DNA from: a virus
IMG/VR virus record: IMGVR_UViG_3300044614_001341
Coordinates: 50,608 to 114,607 of that record
Direction: 5' to 3' (one strand)
DNA length: 64,000 nucleotides
Shown here: positions 18,372 through 26,895 of the stretch, in pieces
Layout: every line of letters begins with the position of its first letter
Position numbering within the stretch: the first letter of the stretch is position 1
Translations under genes and position numbers: made by a program
The notes under the pieces: generated by a model
Told to the model about the DNA's origin: nothing
The model's input: only the letters and a program-made list of their open reading frames with translations
Databases searched by the model: none

Positions 18372-18953
18372 TTAGTTCCTCAAAGTTTTGTAATAATTTA
18401 AAAGTAGTTCTAACTCTTTAACTGTAGCATCTCTCTTTAAGATATTTGCTCTTCTACTGACAACTGTAACATTTCCTTTTATATAACCTTTGGAACTGTC
18501 AATTCTATCTACACTCGGAGCATACATCCAAGTTTGTTTGTCTTCTCTTTTTAACTCAAATCCAAATACAGGGCATTTTTCTGGAATTATAATATCTTCC
18601 AATTCAATAGAAAACTCTCTTCCAGTTCTTTTGCATCTTGATTTGATGTTTTTGTAGAGAAGTTTAGCAGCATCAACTTTCCAATCTCTGTTTAATTTTT
18701 CAATTTGTCTTATTTTTGTAGAACATTTCTTACAAATGTCTTTTGTTCCAGAATTAACATTCCATTTTTCAATTAAACTAAACTTATTAAGATTTAGTGA
18801 TTGATTGCACTTTTTGCAAACTTTGTATCTGTTTGGATTTTCTTCTCGGTGTTTCATACCAAATTCTCTTGCATTATATACATTCATACATTTGCGAGAG
18901 CAAAATTTTCTTTGTCTTTTGCCAAGAATAGAATTACATTCCAAACAATACAT
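18372..18953 (-). mobile_element. Free-standing His-Me finger/HNH-like homing endonuclease with N-terminal zinc ribbons
   Basis: CxxC motifs; CPVFG...PSVDRIDSSKGYIKGNVTVVSRRANILK. Confidence 0.8.
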
Positions 18954-19005
18954 TTGATTATCTTCTAACTGTATAAGTATTTATAAAAAGAAAACTTACA
19001 AATGT
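18950..19005 (-). promoter_or_regulatory. Interrupted hairpin enclosing a late promoter and pairing the endonuclease start codon
   Basis: ACATTTG..TTTTCT..TATAA-ATAC-TTATA..AGAAGA..CAAATGT; TATAAATA at 18978-18985. Confidence 0.65.
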
Positions 19006-19199
19006 TATTTCACTCTATCAAATCTCACAAAAGGAAATACTCCTTTTGGCATAATAGTCCAGGTTCTTTTTGTTGGTTCATCCCAATATCCACTAAAACC
19101 AGTTGGAGTACAATATCCTTGATTATGCCAAACAAAACCAAAGATTTTCCCCCAATCACTTGTGATAAAAACTGGCAAACTTGTTTTAGTTTCATTCAT
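19005..19199 (-). CDS. Small hypothetical protein
   Basis: ATG at 19199, right after the upstream stop (MNETKTSLPVF...). Confidence 0.6.
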   Translation of the reverse strand: MNETKTSLPVFITSDWGKIFGFVWHNQGYCTPTGFSGYWDEPTKRTWTIMPKGVFPFVRFDRVK

Positions 19200-19200
19200 A

Positions 19201-19623
19201 TCAGAAACAGTACTTTTGGAGTACATATTTAACTTCGTTAGGTTTATCTTCCATCCAATATGCTTCGTGTTCAATTCTTCTAGGGGCAGTAGAAGCACTT
19301 AAAGAATTTTTAATATCTTGAAGTTTATTGGATGGAAGAGGCATATCATTTAGTGATATTCCAAATGGTTTGTATCCATTACAAAAATGACCAACGTGAG
19401 TACCTTCGTGATAAACAGTTTCATTAATATAAAATTTTGGATCAAATCCACTGCGTTTAATATTTTTGGTGCATATTATGAATTTTTTATCAAAATCTGC
19501 ATATCCAAAAAGATTTTTGTTACTCCTACAATATCCAAAATTTTCAAGAACAGAATATTTTGCTCGATAGATTTGATTAAGAATATCTTTTGCTTGAGGA
19601 GTAAGATACAGTAAGAATTCCAT
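19201..19623 (-). CDS. Hypothetical protein with an HExxH zincin-like motif
   Basis: TVYHEGTHVGH...IEHEAY. Confidence 0.65.
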   Translation of the reverse strand: MEFLLYLTPQAKDILNQIYRAKYSVLENFGYCRSNKNLFGYADFDKKFIICTKNIKRSGFDPKFYINETVYHEGTHVGHFCNGYKPFGISLNDMPLPSNKLQDIKNSLSASTAPRRIEHEAYWMEDKPNEVKYVLQKYCF

Positions 19624-20288
19624 TAACCAAAAGTAGAATCAGGTTCCAGAGCAATATAATAGCAGAGGTTGTACTTAGGATTCGTGAACTGTGACAGAAG
19701 TTTAGAAGACACTACCACGTCATAGGCACCAGGAATAATCTTGATGTTTTCTACCTTGAAGTTAAAGGTAAACTCCTTGTCAGTTTCACCAACCACGATG
19801 GCATACTCGTTAGAAGTATCATTCTTCTTATCACGAACCACCAGTTTGATCACACCATTCTCACCAACCGCAGAGAGATCAGGGAGTTGATATACTGCTG
19901 CTGCCTTGACCAGTTTCTCCAGAGAAGTGCTGTCCAGTTGGAAGCAAACATCTTGTGAAGGAAGTTGAATGTCCTTATCGGGGGGTGAAATGATCACATT
20001 GGGGTCTGCAAAGAAATACTTCACACGACGTTTGCCTTCTTTGATGCTTAGGTAAGATCCCTCAGTGAAATCAAGATCAGGGTCCTGATGAAGACTCAGA
20101 CCATTCAAAAACTGGTTGAGATCATAAATCGCAAAGTCACGGGGGAAGTCTTCTGTAATCTCTGCCTCGGCAAGAATGTTCTTTGCCACAGAAATCGTGC
20201 GAAGACGATTGCCCTGTTTCACAAGAATCGAGTTGTTAATACCAGCAAAGTTCTTGAGAAGTGCGAGAGTATTGTCAGAAAGTTTCAT
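19623..20288 (-). CDS. gp45: DNA polymerase sliding clamp (gp45)
   Basis: MKLS...LKNFAGINNSI...FAIYDLNQFL...YYIALE; 221 aa from the ATG at 20288. Confidence 0.95.
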   Translation of the reverse strand: MKLSDNTLALLKNFAGINNSILVKQGNRLRTISVAKNILAEAEITEDFPRDFAIYDLNQFLNGLSLHQDPDLDFTEGSYLSIKEGKRRVKYFFADPNVIISPPDKDIQLPSQDVCFQLDSTSLEKLVKAAAVYQLPDLSAVGENGVIKLVVRDKKNDTSNEYAIVVGETDKEFTFNFKVENIKIIPGAYDVVVSSKLLSQFTNPKYNLCYYIALEPDSTFG

Positions 20289-20311
20289 AGTTTTGTTCGG
20301 AAGTTTCATAA

Positions 20312-20638
20312 TCAGCGAAATTCAGTAAGACCATTATCTTTGCGAGAATAATGCCCATCGAAGTGGAGAAGAAGCATAGCATAGTGAATAACCTTCATCA
20401 AATCACGTTTGTTGCGTCCATCTTTATCACCATAACGACTTCCATATTTTAAGATATTTGCCTGACAGAATCCTGGTGCAAGATCTTTTGCCGCCATCAA
20501 GTCAATTGTTTGAATGTCTTGATACTGCTGATTATGTCCACAGTAGTGACTGCCGTAAGTGCTAGTCACGTAATCTTGAATATCTTTTAGGATTTTATCT
20601 TCGTTGTATTTCCAAAGATGATTTGTTTTTTCAGTCAT
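20312..20638 (-). CDS. DUF3310-like protein (T7 gp1.7 nucleotide-kinase-related)
   Basis: HY...IQTID...FCQANILKY..RY..K..DLMK..HY pattern; start position uncertain. Confidence 0.7.
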   Translation of the reverse strand: MTEKTNHLWKYNEDKILKDIQDYVTSTYGSHYCGHNQQYQDIQTIDLMAAKDLAPGFCQANILKYGSRYGDKDGRNKRDLMKVIHYAMLLLHFDGHYSRKDNGLTEFR

Positions 20639-20694
20639 AGTAATAGTAAAATTCGAATCAATCATAAAGAGAAGGCACATTTTTACCTTCCCCA

Positions 20695-20723
20695 ATTATA
20701 TCAAATTTGAGGAGGATAGTCAA
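20695..20723 (-). promoter_or_regulatory. Sigma70-type promoter for the gp45 operon
   Basis: TTGACT-17 bp-TATAAT overlapping the 3' end of the AAA+ gene. Confidence 0.78.
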
Positions 20724-21831
20724 TGTATTCTACAGTCAATTCAGGTTGTGAAGGCATCACAAAATCAGCATCCACCTTATCATACAGTTCAAGGAAAGCA
20801 GTCTTGGTTTCTTCATCAAAACGATTCACACAGACTTGAATTGCCTTTGCCTTATCGTTGAAGATGCTGTAAGCACGAATGATATGAACCAGACGACGGG
20901 TGCTGATGATTTCCTCAATACCACCATCATAGAAGGTCTTGCGGATAATATCACCCCAATCCACCAGACGCTTGCAGAAGTCACGATCCTCCATCCCAAG
21001 GTCCAGAGCGATGCCTTCCAGAATCTTCTGCTCAGTAGCAGGAGCAGGATAGGACTGCTCCAGAGTCACAGGGAAACGCTCTAGAAACGCCTCGTTGAGC
21101 ACGTTGGTGCCAATGAAGCGCCCATCATCGCTGCCCTTGCCCTTGGTGTTTGCAGTGGCGAATACGTTGAATCCAGCAGCAGGTTTGACGAACTTGCCGA
21201 TTTTCTTGAGGAAGACACCCTTACCTTCCAGAACAGATTGAAGACACAGAATCTTGTTAGAAGCAAGGTCAATCTCATCCAGCAGAAGGATTGCACCACG
21301 TTCCAGTGCCTCAATCACAGGACCGTTATGCCAGGCAGTTTCACCATTCACAAGACGGAAACCACCAATCAAATCATCCTCATCAGTCTCAATGGTGATG
21401 TTGACACGAATCAGTTCACGCTTAAGTTGAGCACACGCTTGCTCAATACTGAACGTTTTACCATTACCCGAAAGACCCGTAATGAACGTTGGATAAAAAA
21501 GATTGGAAGAAATAATTTTCTTAATATCGTTAAAATTACCAAACTTGACGAAGGTATCATCTTTATCAGGGATCAGGTTTTGTTCCACGGCAGGAAGTGC
21601 GGGAGGTGCTTGATAAGAACGTTCAATCTCTTCTACACGTTCTTGAGTCACTTCCAGATTCCAACGACCACGAGAAGTCTTGAATTGCTCCAAACGACGA
21701 GTCACAGTCTGGTAGTTGAGACTACGAGAAGCACAGAAACCTTTCAGGTCACCAGAAGTAATTTCGGAACCATAAAGTTCTTTGATGGATTCAATCAGTT
21801 GAGCGTCGTTCACAGAGGACTTGCGAGACAT
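20701..21831 (-). CDS. cobS: CobS-like MoxR AAA+ ATPase
   Basis: GLSGNGKT; LLLDEID; ATANTKGKG; LNEAFLERF; ISTRRL. Confidence 0.9.
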   Translation of the reverse strand: MSRKSSVNDAQLIESIKELYGSEITSGDLKGFCASRSLNYQTVTRRLEQFKTSRGRWNLEVTQERVEEIERSYQAPPALPAVEQNLIPDKDDTFVKFGNFNDIKKIISSNLFYPTFITGLSGNGKTFSIEQACAQLKRELIRVNITIETDEDDLIGGFRLVNGETAWHNGPVIEALERGAILLLDEIDLASNKILCLQSVLEGKGVFLKKIGKFVKPAAGFNVFATANTKGKGSDDGRFIGTNVLNEAFLERFPVTLEQSYPAPATEQKILEGIALDLGMEDRDFCKRLVDWGDIIRKTFYDGGIEEIISTRRLVHIIRAYSIFNDKAKAIQVCVNRFDEETKTAFLELYDKVDADFVMPSQPELTVEYIDYPPQI

Positions 21832-21863
21832 AATGTAGTTAGGTGGTTTGTTTCAACAGACTT

Positions 21864-21922
21864 ATTATACACACAAAAAAGGGGCAACCAAGTGCCCCTT
21901 GTGACAGTTTGAAAAGTGGTTC
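21864..21922 (-). promoter_or_regulatory. Early-promoter-type element: palindrome, hairpin and TATAAT
   Basis: CCACTT-TTCA-AACTGTC, then AAGGGGCA..TGCCCCTTTTTT, then TG-TATAAT. Confidence 0.7.
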
Positions 21923-21937
21923 AGGTAAGGTTCATTG

Positions 21938-22072
21938 TTAACTTTTCTTTTTAGTTGCTTTTGTCGGTTTTTCAACAACAACTTCTTCAACCTTGACCGA
22001 TTCTGATTTTACTTCTGGTTCTGGTGTTACTTCTGGGGGTGTTTCCTGAAGTAAATCTGTAAATCTACTCAT
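21938..22072 (-). CDS. 44-aa acidic small protein with a basic tail
   Basis: Hand-translated MSRFTDLLQETPPEVTPEPEVKSESVKVEEVVVEKPTKATKKKS; GATAAATA late promoter at 22097-22104. Confidence 0.6.
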   Translation of the reverse strand: MSRFTDLLQETPPEVTPEPEVKSESVKVEEVVVEKPTKATKKKS

Positions 22073-22102
22073 TAGACCTAGTATAATTCTTGAAAGTATT
22101 TA

Positions 22103-24250
22103 TCAAGCAACAAGTTCCACAAACTCACCCAAAATTTTCTTATTCATTTTTTTAGTTTTAAGACTTTTCACAAATGCGGATTTAATTTGTGCCTTTGTTG
22201 CATCCTCAGCAACAGCAAACTCAGATTCCTGAGAAAGAGTGTTTGCAGACAGACCGAAGTAGGAATGATAACCAGAATTCTTAAGAATAAATGCTTTCTC
22301 TTTTTTCCAAGCGTTCGTTACCTTATCATACTCAGAACCATAATATCCACAGTAGCGACGAATAAAAGCGCCAGCATCACGAGATTCAAGAACACGAATA
22401 CCAATAAAGTTAATATCAATAAACTTGTCCCGCAAATTGTGAAGAAGAACCTCAGTGAAATCCTGATGCTCATAGTCACAAGAATAGGTCATTCCAGTCT
22501 TACGATCGCGAAGAAAGGCATTAGATCCAATATGAGCAGTGCCCATAAAGGGGTTATCCTCCCAGCGGCGTTGAACCTCACGATGATATTTCACAAGGCA
22601 ACCCTCACCATCAGTCAAAACCACACACTGAACTTTCTGCAGTTTGTTCTCCTTCTGGAACTTAGGCAGAATCTGGTGAAGAGAAATCAGTGCCTCATTC
22701 AGGGGAGTGCCTGAAAGTCCCATTCCAAGAGGAGTAGAATAGTAGCAGTGAGAATTATAAGAGAATGACTTAGCAAGACGAAAGATATTTTTCATCTGCT
22801 CCTCCAGAGTGTTTGAATTCACTTTGCTGGTGAGAAGATTCATCATAGAGAACCATTCACCCACCTGAACAAGACCATCTTTCTTCTTGTAGGCAAGTTC
22901 ACGAATGTTTGCCTTACCATCTACATCATACTTTACAAGAGGATAATCAGTGGTGAAGGCATAGACCTCAAACGGAATCGCAACTTTTTTACAAAACCAA
23001 ATAAGATTGAAGAGTTGTTTGGCAGTATCCAGCATCACATTGGACATAGAACCAGACCAGTCTAGAACGAACACCAGACCATGATTCTTACCATCAGCAA
23101 GAGTTGTAACCTTCCTGAAGATATCTTCATTATACTTGTAAGTGTGCAGTTTGGAGCAGTCCAGAACGCCAGTACGGGCAGTTGATGCACGTGCATAGGA
23201 ATCTGCTGCCTTGCGACACTCAAACTCTTTCACCAGATAGTTGACTTCCTTTTGAGCAGAACGCTTGAATTCAAAATACTGCTTATCAACTTCACCAAAG
23301 ATATTCTCATACTTATAATCATTTCTTGTAAGAAAGTCATCCCAAGATTCTTTACACTTGGAATGAATCTCTTGATTGGGAACAATAACTTTAGTCAAAT
23401 CAAGTTGAGGCAGTTCAAGATAAACATTCTCATAAGGGTTAGTACCGACGAGTTCTTTCAGTGCCTCTTCAAGAGACTCCATCGTTTTGACTTCAGGTTC
23501 CTCATTCTTCTCACCACCTTCATTCGTAGGTTGCTGTTGCTGAGAATTTTCTTCAGAAGAGGAAGCACGATCAGAACCCTCAGTTTCAGGTTGATCGCTC
23601 TCACCTTGCTCCTGATCACTAAAATCAGAAGCAGGTTGATTATCGGCACCACTTTGTTGCAACTCAAGACTATCCAGAGAAGTCTTGGTTTCTTCCTGTT
23701 GCTTTTGCTTACAATACTTATACAATGCTTCTGCAGCAATTAACACATCAGCAAAGGTCTCAGTATTAGCAATCAGTTTGATAATCTCAGTCTCTTCACC
23801 ACGCTCAATCGGCACATCAACATAATTGCCAATCTTGAACCACAGGTTTGCACGGTCAGCAAGGTTATAAGTTTCTACATTATCATCTTTGATTTGAAAG
23901 AAGTCATCATCGGCAAGTTCCTTGTAACCACTATAAAAACTTTTAGGAGAACCTGGATATTTTCTTTTACAAAGTTTTTCTACACGCACATCCTCACAAA
24001 TATTTACAAAAGTCGCTGGGACTTTACATTCTTTAGTCCAATCATAATTTGGGGTCCAAAGGGCATGGCTAATTTCGTGCAGGACAAGCATGGTGTAAAT
24101 ATTATCACTCGCTTTTTCCCACATAGGTAAGGTCAATACCCTTGTATGGACATTAAAACAAGCAGTTTCTACCTTTTTATGTTCCACCACAAGGTCCTCC
24201 GTCGCCAATAAACGAGCAAGGGACCCTTTGACTTCAAACTTAACGGACAT
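22103..24250 (-). CDS. CobT-like protein: N-terminal HExxH domain, acidic linker, vWA domain
   Basis: LHEISH...ED.RVE; MIDAS motif LDWSGSM; GTPLNE; LTDGE. Confidence 0.85.
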   Translation of the reverse strand: MSVKFEVKGSLARLLATEDLVVEHKKVETACFNVHTRVLTLPMWEKASDNIYTMLVLHEISHALWTPNYDWTKECKVPATFVNICEDVRVEKLCKRKYPGSPKSFYSGYKELADDDFFQIKDDNVETYNLADRANLWFKIGNYVDVPIERGEETEIIKLIANTETFADVLIAAEALYKYCKQKQQEETKTSLDSLELQQSGADNQPASDFSDQEQGESDQPETEGSDRASSSEENSQQQQPTNEGGEKNEEPEVKTMESLEEALKELVGTNPYENVYLELPQLDLTKVIVPNQEIHSKCKESWDDFLTRNDYKYENIFGEVDKQYFEFKRSAQKEVNYLVKEFECRKAADSYARASTARTGVLDCSKLHTYKYNEDIFRKVTTLADGKNHGLVFVLDWSGSMSNVMLDTAKQLFNLIWFCKKVAIPFEVYAFTTDYPLVKYDVDGKANIRELAYKKKDGLVQVGEWFSMMNLLTSKVNSNTLEEQMKNIFRLAKSFSYNSHCYYSTPLGMGLSGTPLNEALISLHQILPKFQKENKLQKVQCVVLTDGEGCLVKYHREVQRRWEDNPFMGTAHIGSNAFLRDRKTGMTYSCDYEHQDFTEVLLHNLRDKFIDINFIGIRVLESRDAGAFIRRYCGYYGSEYDKVTNAWKKEKAFILKNSGYHSYFGLSANTLSQESEFAVAEDATKAQIKSAFVKSLKTKKMNKKILGEFVELVA

Positions 24251-24297
24251 TTGGTTGTGTGCGATATGTGAGTATTATACGGTAACTTTAAAACGCT

Positions 24298-25017
24298 TCA
24301 CACCTTTTTATCCAGTTCCTCAACTGTCACAACCTTCCAACCCTTATGGTTTGTATACTTACCACGAGCAACAGAAGTCATTAAACGAGCAGTTAAATTA
24401 TGTTCTTCACAAAATTTTTTCATATTATTAGTAATGAAAATATTTTCATCAGGACTTTGAATTGTATATTCATATTTTATACTTCTATTAGAAAGTTTTT
24501 TTAAAGTTTCTGGTGTTGCTTTTCTACCAATATTCCATTTACCATATTCAACACCTACTTTGTTTGATATAATTCTTCCAAGAACCCAACCATCACCAGG
24601 ACATTCTTTACAAAGTTTTTCTTTTATACCATTATTCCATCTTTTATTTCCCTTTCTAACTTTACTCAATTTTTCTCTATGTTTTTGAGATAGGGACTTA
24701 CCAAGTTTTTTTTGTCTCATTTTTTCCTTTGTAATATCACTTATATTTGATGTTCCATCACCACCTTCTGTCCTATTATGCAGAATACCTGTCCCCAAAT
24801 CTTTTCTACCAAAAACAGCAATCATATACTTTTCGTGATTAAATGCCTCTTCTTCTAAAAGATTTTTCTTTAAAAACAAAATCCGTTCTTTTGGTGGAAC
24901 AAAAATATTGATGTGATTTTTACTATATGCCCTATCTCTTTGGCCCTTACCAATATAATAAGGAGTTCCATCTTTACGCAAATAAGCGTAAGTATAAAAT
25001 CTTTTTGGATTTTTCAT
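24298..25017 (-). mobile_element. Free-standing GIY-YIG-like homing endonuclease with NUMOD3-like repeats
   Basis: FYTYAY...PYYIGKG..R; E..MI..FGR.D...LHNRTEGGDG; SDITKEKMR and SQKHREKLS repeats; AT-rich. Confidence 0.85.
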
Positions 25018-25053
25018 CCTACTCTAATACAACGGCATAAGTATTTATACAGG

Positions 25054-25075
25054 AAAAGGCACCCGAAAGTGCCTT
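25054..25075 (-). terminator. Intrinsic terminator inside the endonuclease leader region
   Basis: AAGGCAC-TTTCGG-GTGCCTTTT. Confidence 0.7.
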
Positions 25076-25174
25076 AACCATCCTAACAGATTGCCGTCGT
25101 ATTAGGTTCAACTATTTATCATACAAAAAAAGAGGGTGGTGAAACCCTCTTATGTACCAGTTTAAAAAGTGGAC

Positions 25175-25744
25175 TCACGCACCTTCAAGTTTTCCCATTT
25201 GTCTTGCAGACTCTTTGGCCTTTTGTAATGCTTGTCCAGCATTTTGTTTTCCTGGAATATAAGTAAGACCTGATCCAGATTTTTCAGCATTTTGACGATT
25301 AAATTTATCCTGAACATAATCAATTCTTGCGGTTTGCTCAATAATACTCTGCCTCCACTCTTCACTCATGTTTGCCATAATAGCAAGTGCTGCATTGTTG
25401 GTGTCAGCATAACCTTCGGCAACTAGGTGCTCCAAGATATGCTCAAACATATCTTTACCGCCTTTTTTAGGAACTTTTCCCCTATCTCTAAGTCTCTCAC
25501 GACCACCTTCTGCTCTCTCCTCTTTAGAAGCTCCTGGACGGAATTTACCCAACATTAATCTGCCGTGAGTTTCAGACTTAGTTTCTGGTCTTCCTCTTTC
25601 CTTATCTTCTTTACGCTTTTGAGATTCACGTGAAAGAGCACTGAGACTCGTTGTTCTACCTTCATCAAGTTGCTCTACTTCCTCTTGAGAAGAATAAACT
25701 TGCTGATAGGCTTCTTGAAGGGCACGAAGTTCTTTTGAGTTCAT
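25175..25744 (-). CDS. Late modular protein (putative internal head protein family)
   Basis: MNSKELRALQEAY start; DMFEHILEHLVAEGYA..AIMANMSEEW module; TATAAATA upstream. Confidence 0.75.
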   Translation of the reverse strand: MNSKELRALQEAYQQVYSSQEEVEQLDEGRTTSLSALSRESQKRKEDKERGRPETKSETHGRLMLGKFRPGASKEERAEGGRERLRDRGKVPKKGGKDMFEHILEHLVAEGYADTNNAALAIMANMSEEWRQSIIEQTARIDYVQDKFNRQNAEKSGSGLTYIPGKQNAGQALQKAKESARQMGKLEGA

Positions 25745-25772
25745 CTTACAACTACTTTTTAGTTATTTATAA

Positions 25773-26666
25773 TTAAGCAACCTTATAAGATTTGTTGTTC
25801 CAAGTAAAAGTAGAACCCATTCCACTCTTCTGTTTTGCTGTTTTATATGCCTTATCAAAAGACTGTGCTCTAGTCAAACCTTGATCTGGATTTTTTGGTC
25901 CTTGTTTTGGTTTATAATCTCCTCTCTTAAGAGCACCAGTTAATGTGGCATCACCAACTGGTTTGGGTGCCATTACAGCAGCAGCAGGAGCAGCAGCACC
26001 AACACGACCAGAACTGGCAATATTTCTTAGCGCAGAAACGGCACCAGCAGTTTTAGCAACTGGTTCAGCAACTTTTCTTGCCTGTCCAGCAAATCGTTGA
26101 AGTTCTGGAAACTTATCCATATTTGGTCCAGTTGCTCTAACTGTAGCACCAGGTCTATATGGATTTGGTTTTGTTGGTGCTGGTGGTTTTGCTGCTGGAG
26201 AAGCAGTTTTTGTTATTTTAGGAGCAGGTGCTTTAGGAGCTTTAACTTCTTTTGGTTTATTTGGATAGAGCATTTTTCTCAATCCTTGGGCAAAAACCTG
26301 AGTTGGATGTGGTTTATCAAATCCAAGAATATTTGCAATTCCTCTACCAATTACTTCCTGTGGATTCATTCCTTGTTCCACAACGTAAGACATAATATAG
26401 TTTGATTCTTCTAAAGTACATCCCTCATTAATAAGATAATCTAAAACTTCATCATAAAGATCTTCATCAAGAACTTCACCTTCTAGTTCATAATGTGCTT
26501 TTTGCAGCCCACCCTTGAATGTGTGAACCTTTTCTCCTTTGGGTATCATTTTTTCAAGTTGATCCTTTGCAGCACGATCAGTTGGTTCTTTTAAAGGAAC
26601 TCCAATTTGTTGTTCATAAACTTTTTGATATGCCTCAACTAATTCTAGATATTCTTTCACTTTCAT
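25773..26666 (-). CDS. Late modular protein, same family as 25175..25744
   Basis: MKVKEYLELVEAY start; DLYDEVLDYLINEG module; C-terminal SFDKAYKTAK...FTWNNKSY; TATAAATA upstream. Confidence 0.75.
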   Translation of the reverse strand: MKVKEYLELVEAYQKVYEQQIGVPLKEPTDRAAKDQLEKMIPKGEKVHTFKGGLQKAHYELEGEVLDEDLYDEVLDYLINEGCTLEESNYIMSYVVEQGMNPQEVIGRGIANILGFDKPHPTQVFAQGLRKMLYPNKPKEVKAPKAPAPKITKTASPAAKPPAPTKPNPYRPGATVRATGPNMDKFPELQRFAGQARKVAEPVAKTAGAVSALRNIASSGRVGAAAPAAAVMAPKPVGDATLTGALKRGDYKPKQGPKNPDQGLTRAQSFDKAYKTAKQKSGMGSTFTWNNKSYKVA

Positions 26667-26688
26667 CTTTCAAGTACTTTTGAGTTAT

Positions 26689-26823
26689 TTATAAAAAAAC
26701 ACCCCTTTCGGAGTGCTTTTTCTTGAGTGCTTGGCGTCGTGCCTTTGCTTGTCGAAGTGCTTGCGGTTTCAGTTTCCGCTTCTGCTCCTTTTTAGAATGA
26801 TGGTAGCGGTTGGGGACTTGCAT
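26689..26823 (-). CDS. 44-aa highly basic conserved small protein
   Basis: Hand-translated MQVPNRYHHSKKEQKRKLKPQALRQAKARRQALKKKHSERGVFL; own promoter TTGACT-17-TAATCT (26845-26873); a terminator overlaps its 3' end. Confidence 0.75.
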   Translation of the reverse strand: MQVPNRYHHSKKEQKRKLKPQALRQAKARRQALKKKHSERGVFL

Positions 26824-26895
26824 TAGTCTTGTGCTTGTGAGGACAGATTACTATCTGTATTTACGGAAGTCAAGGAGTCCAGTTGAGAAAGTGTC

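Noticed and set aside
19005-19298. 97-aa version of this ORF
   Set aside because: The extension overlaps the upstream gene; the ATG at 19199, directly after its stop, is more plausible
20701-21831. Interpreting cobS as a cobalamin-biosynthesis auxiliary gene
   Set aside because: Only general MoxR AAA+ motifs are visible and no other cob genes are in the window
21238-23743. Long plus-strand ORFs (21238..21912, 22187..22714, 23252..23743) and other plus-strand track ORFs
   Set aside because: Antisense shadows of well-supported minus-strand genes, with no recognisable motifs
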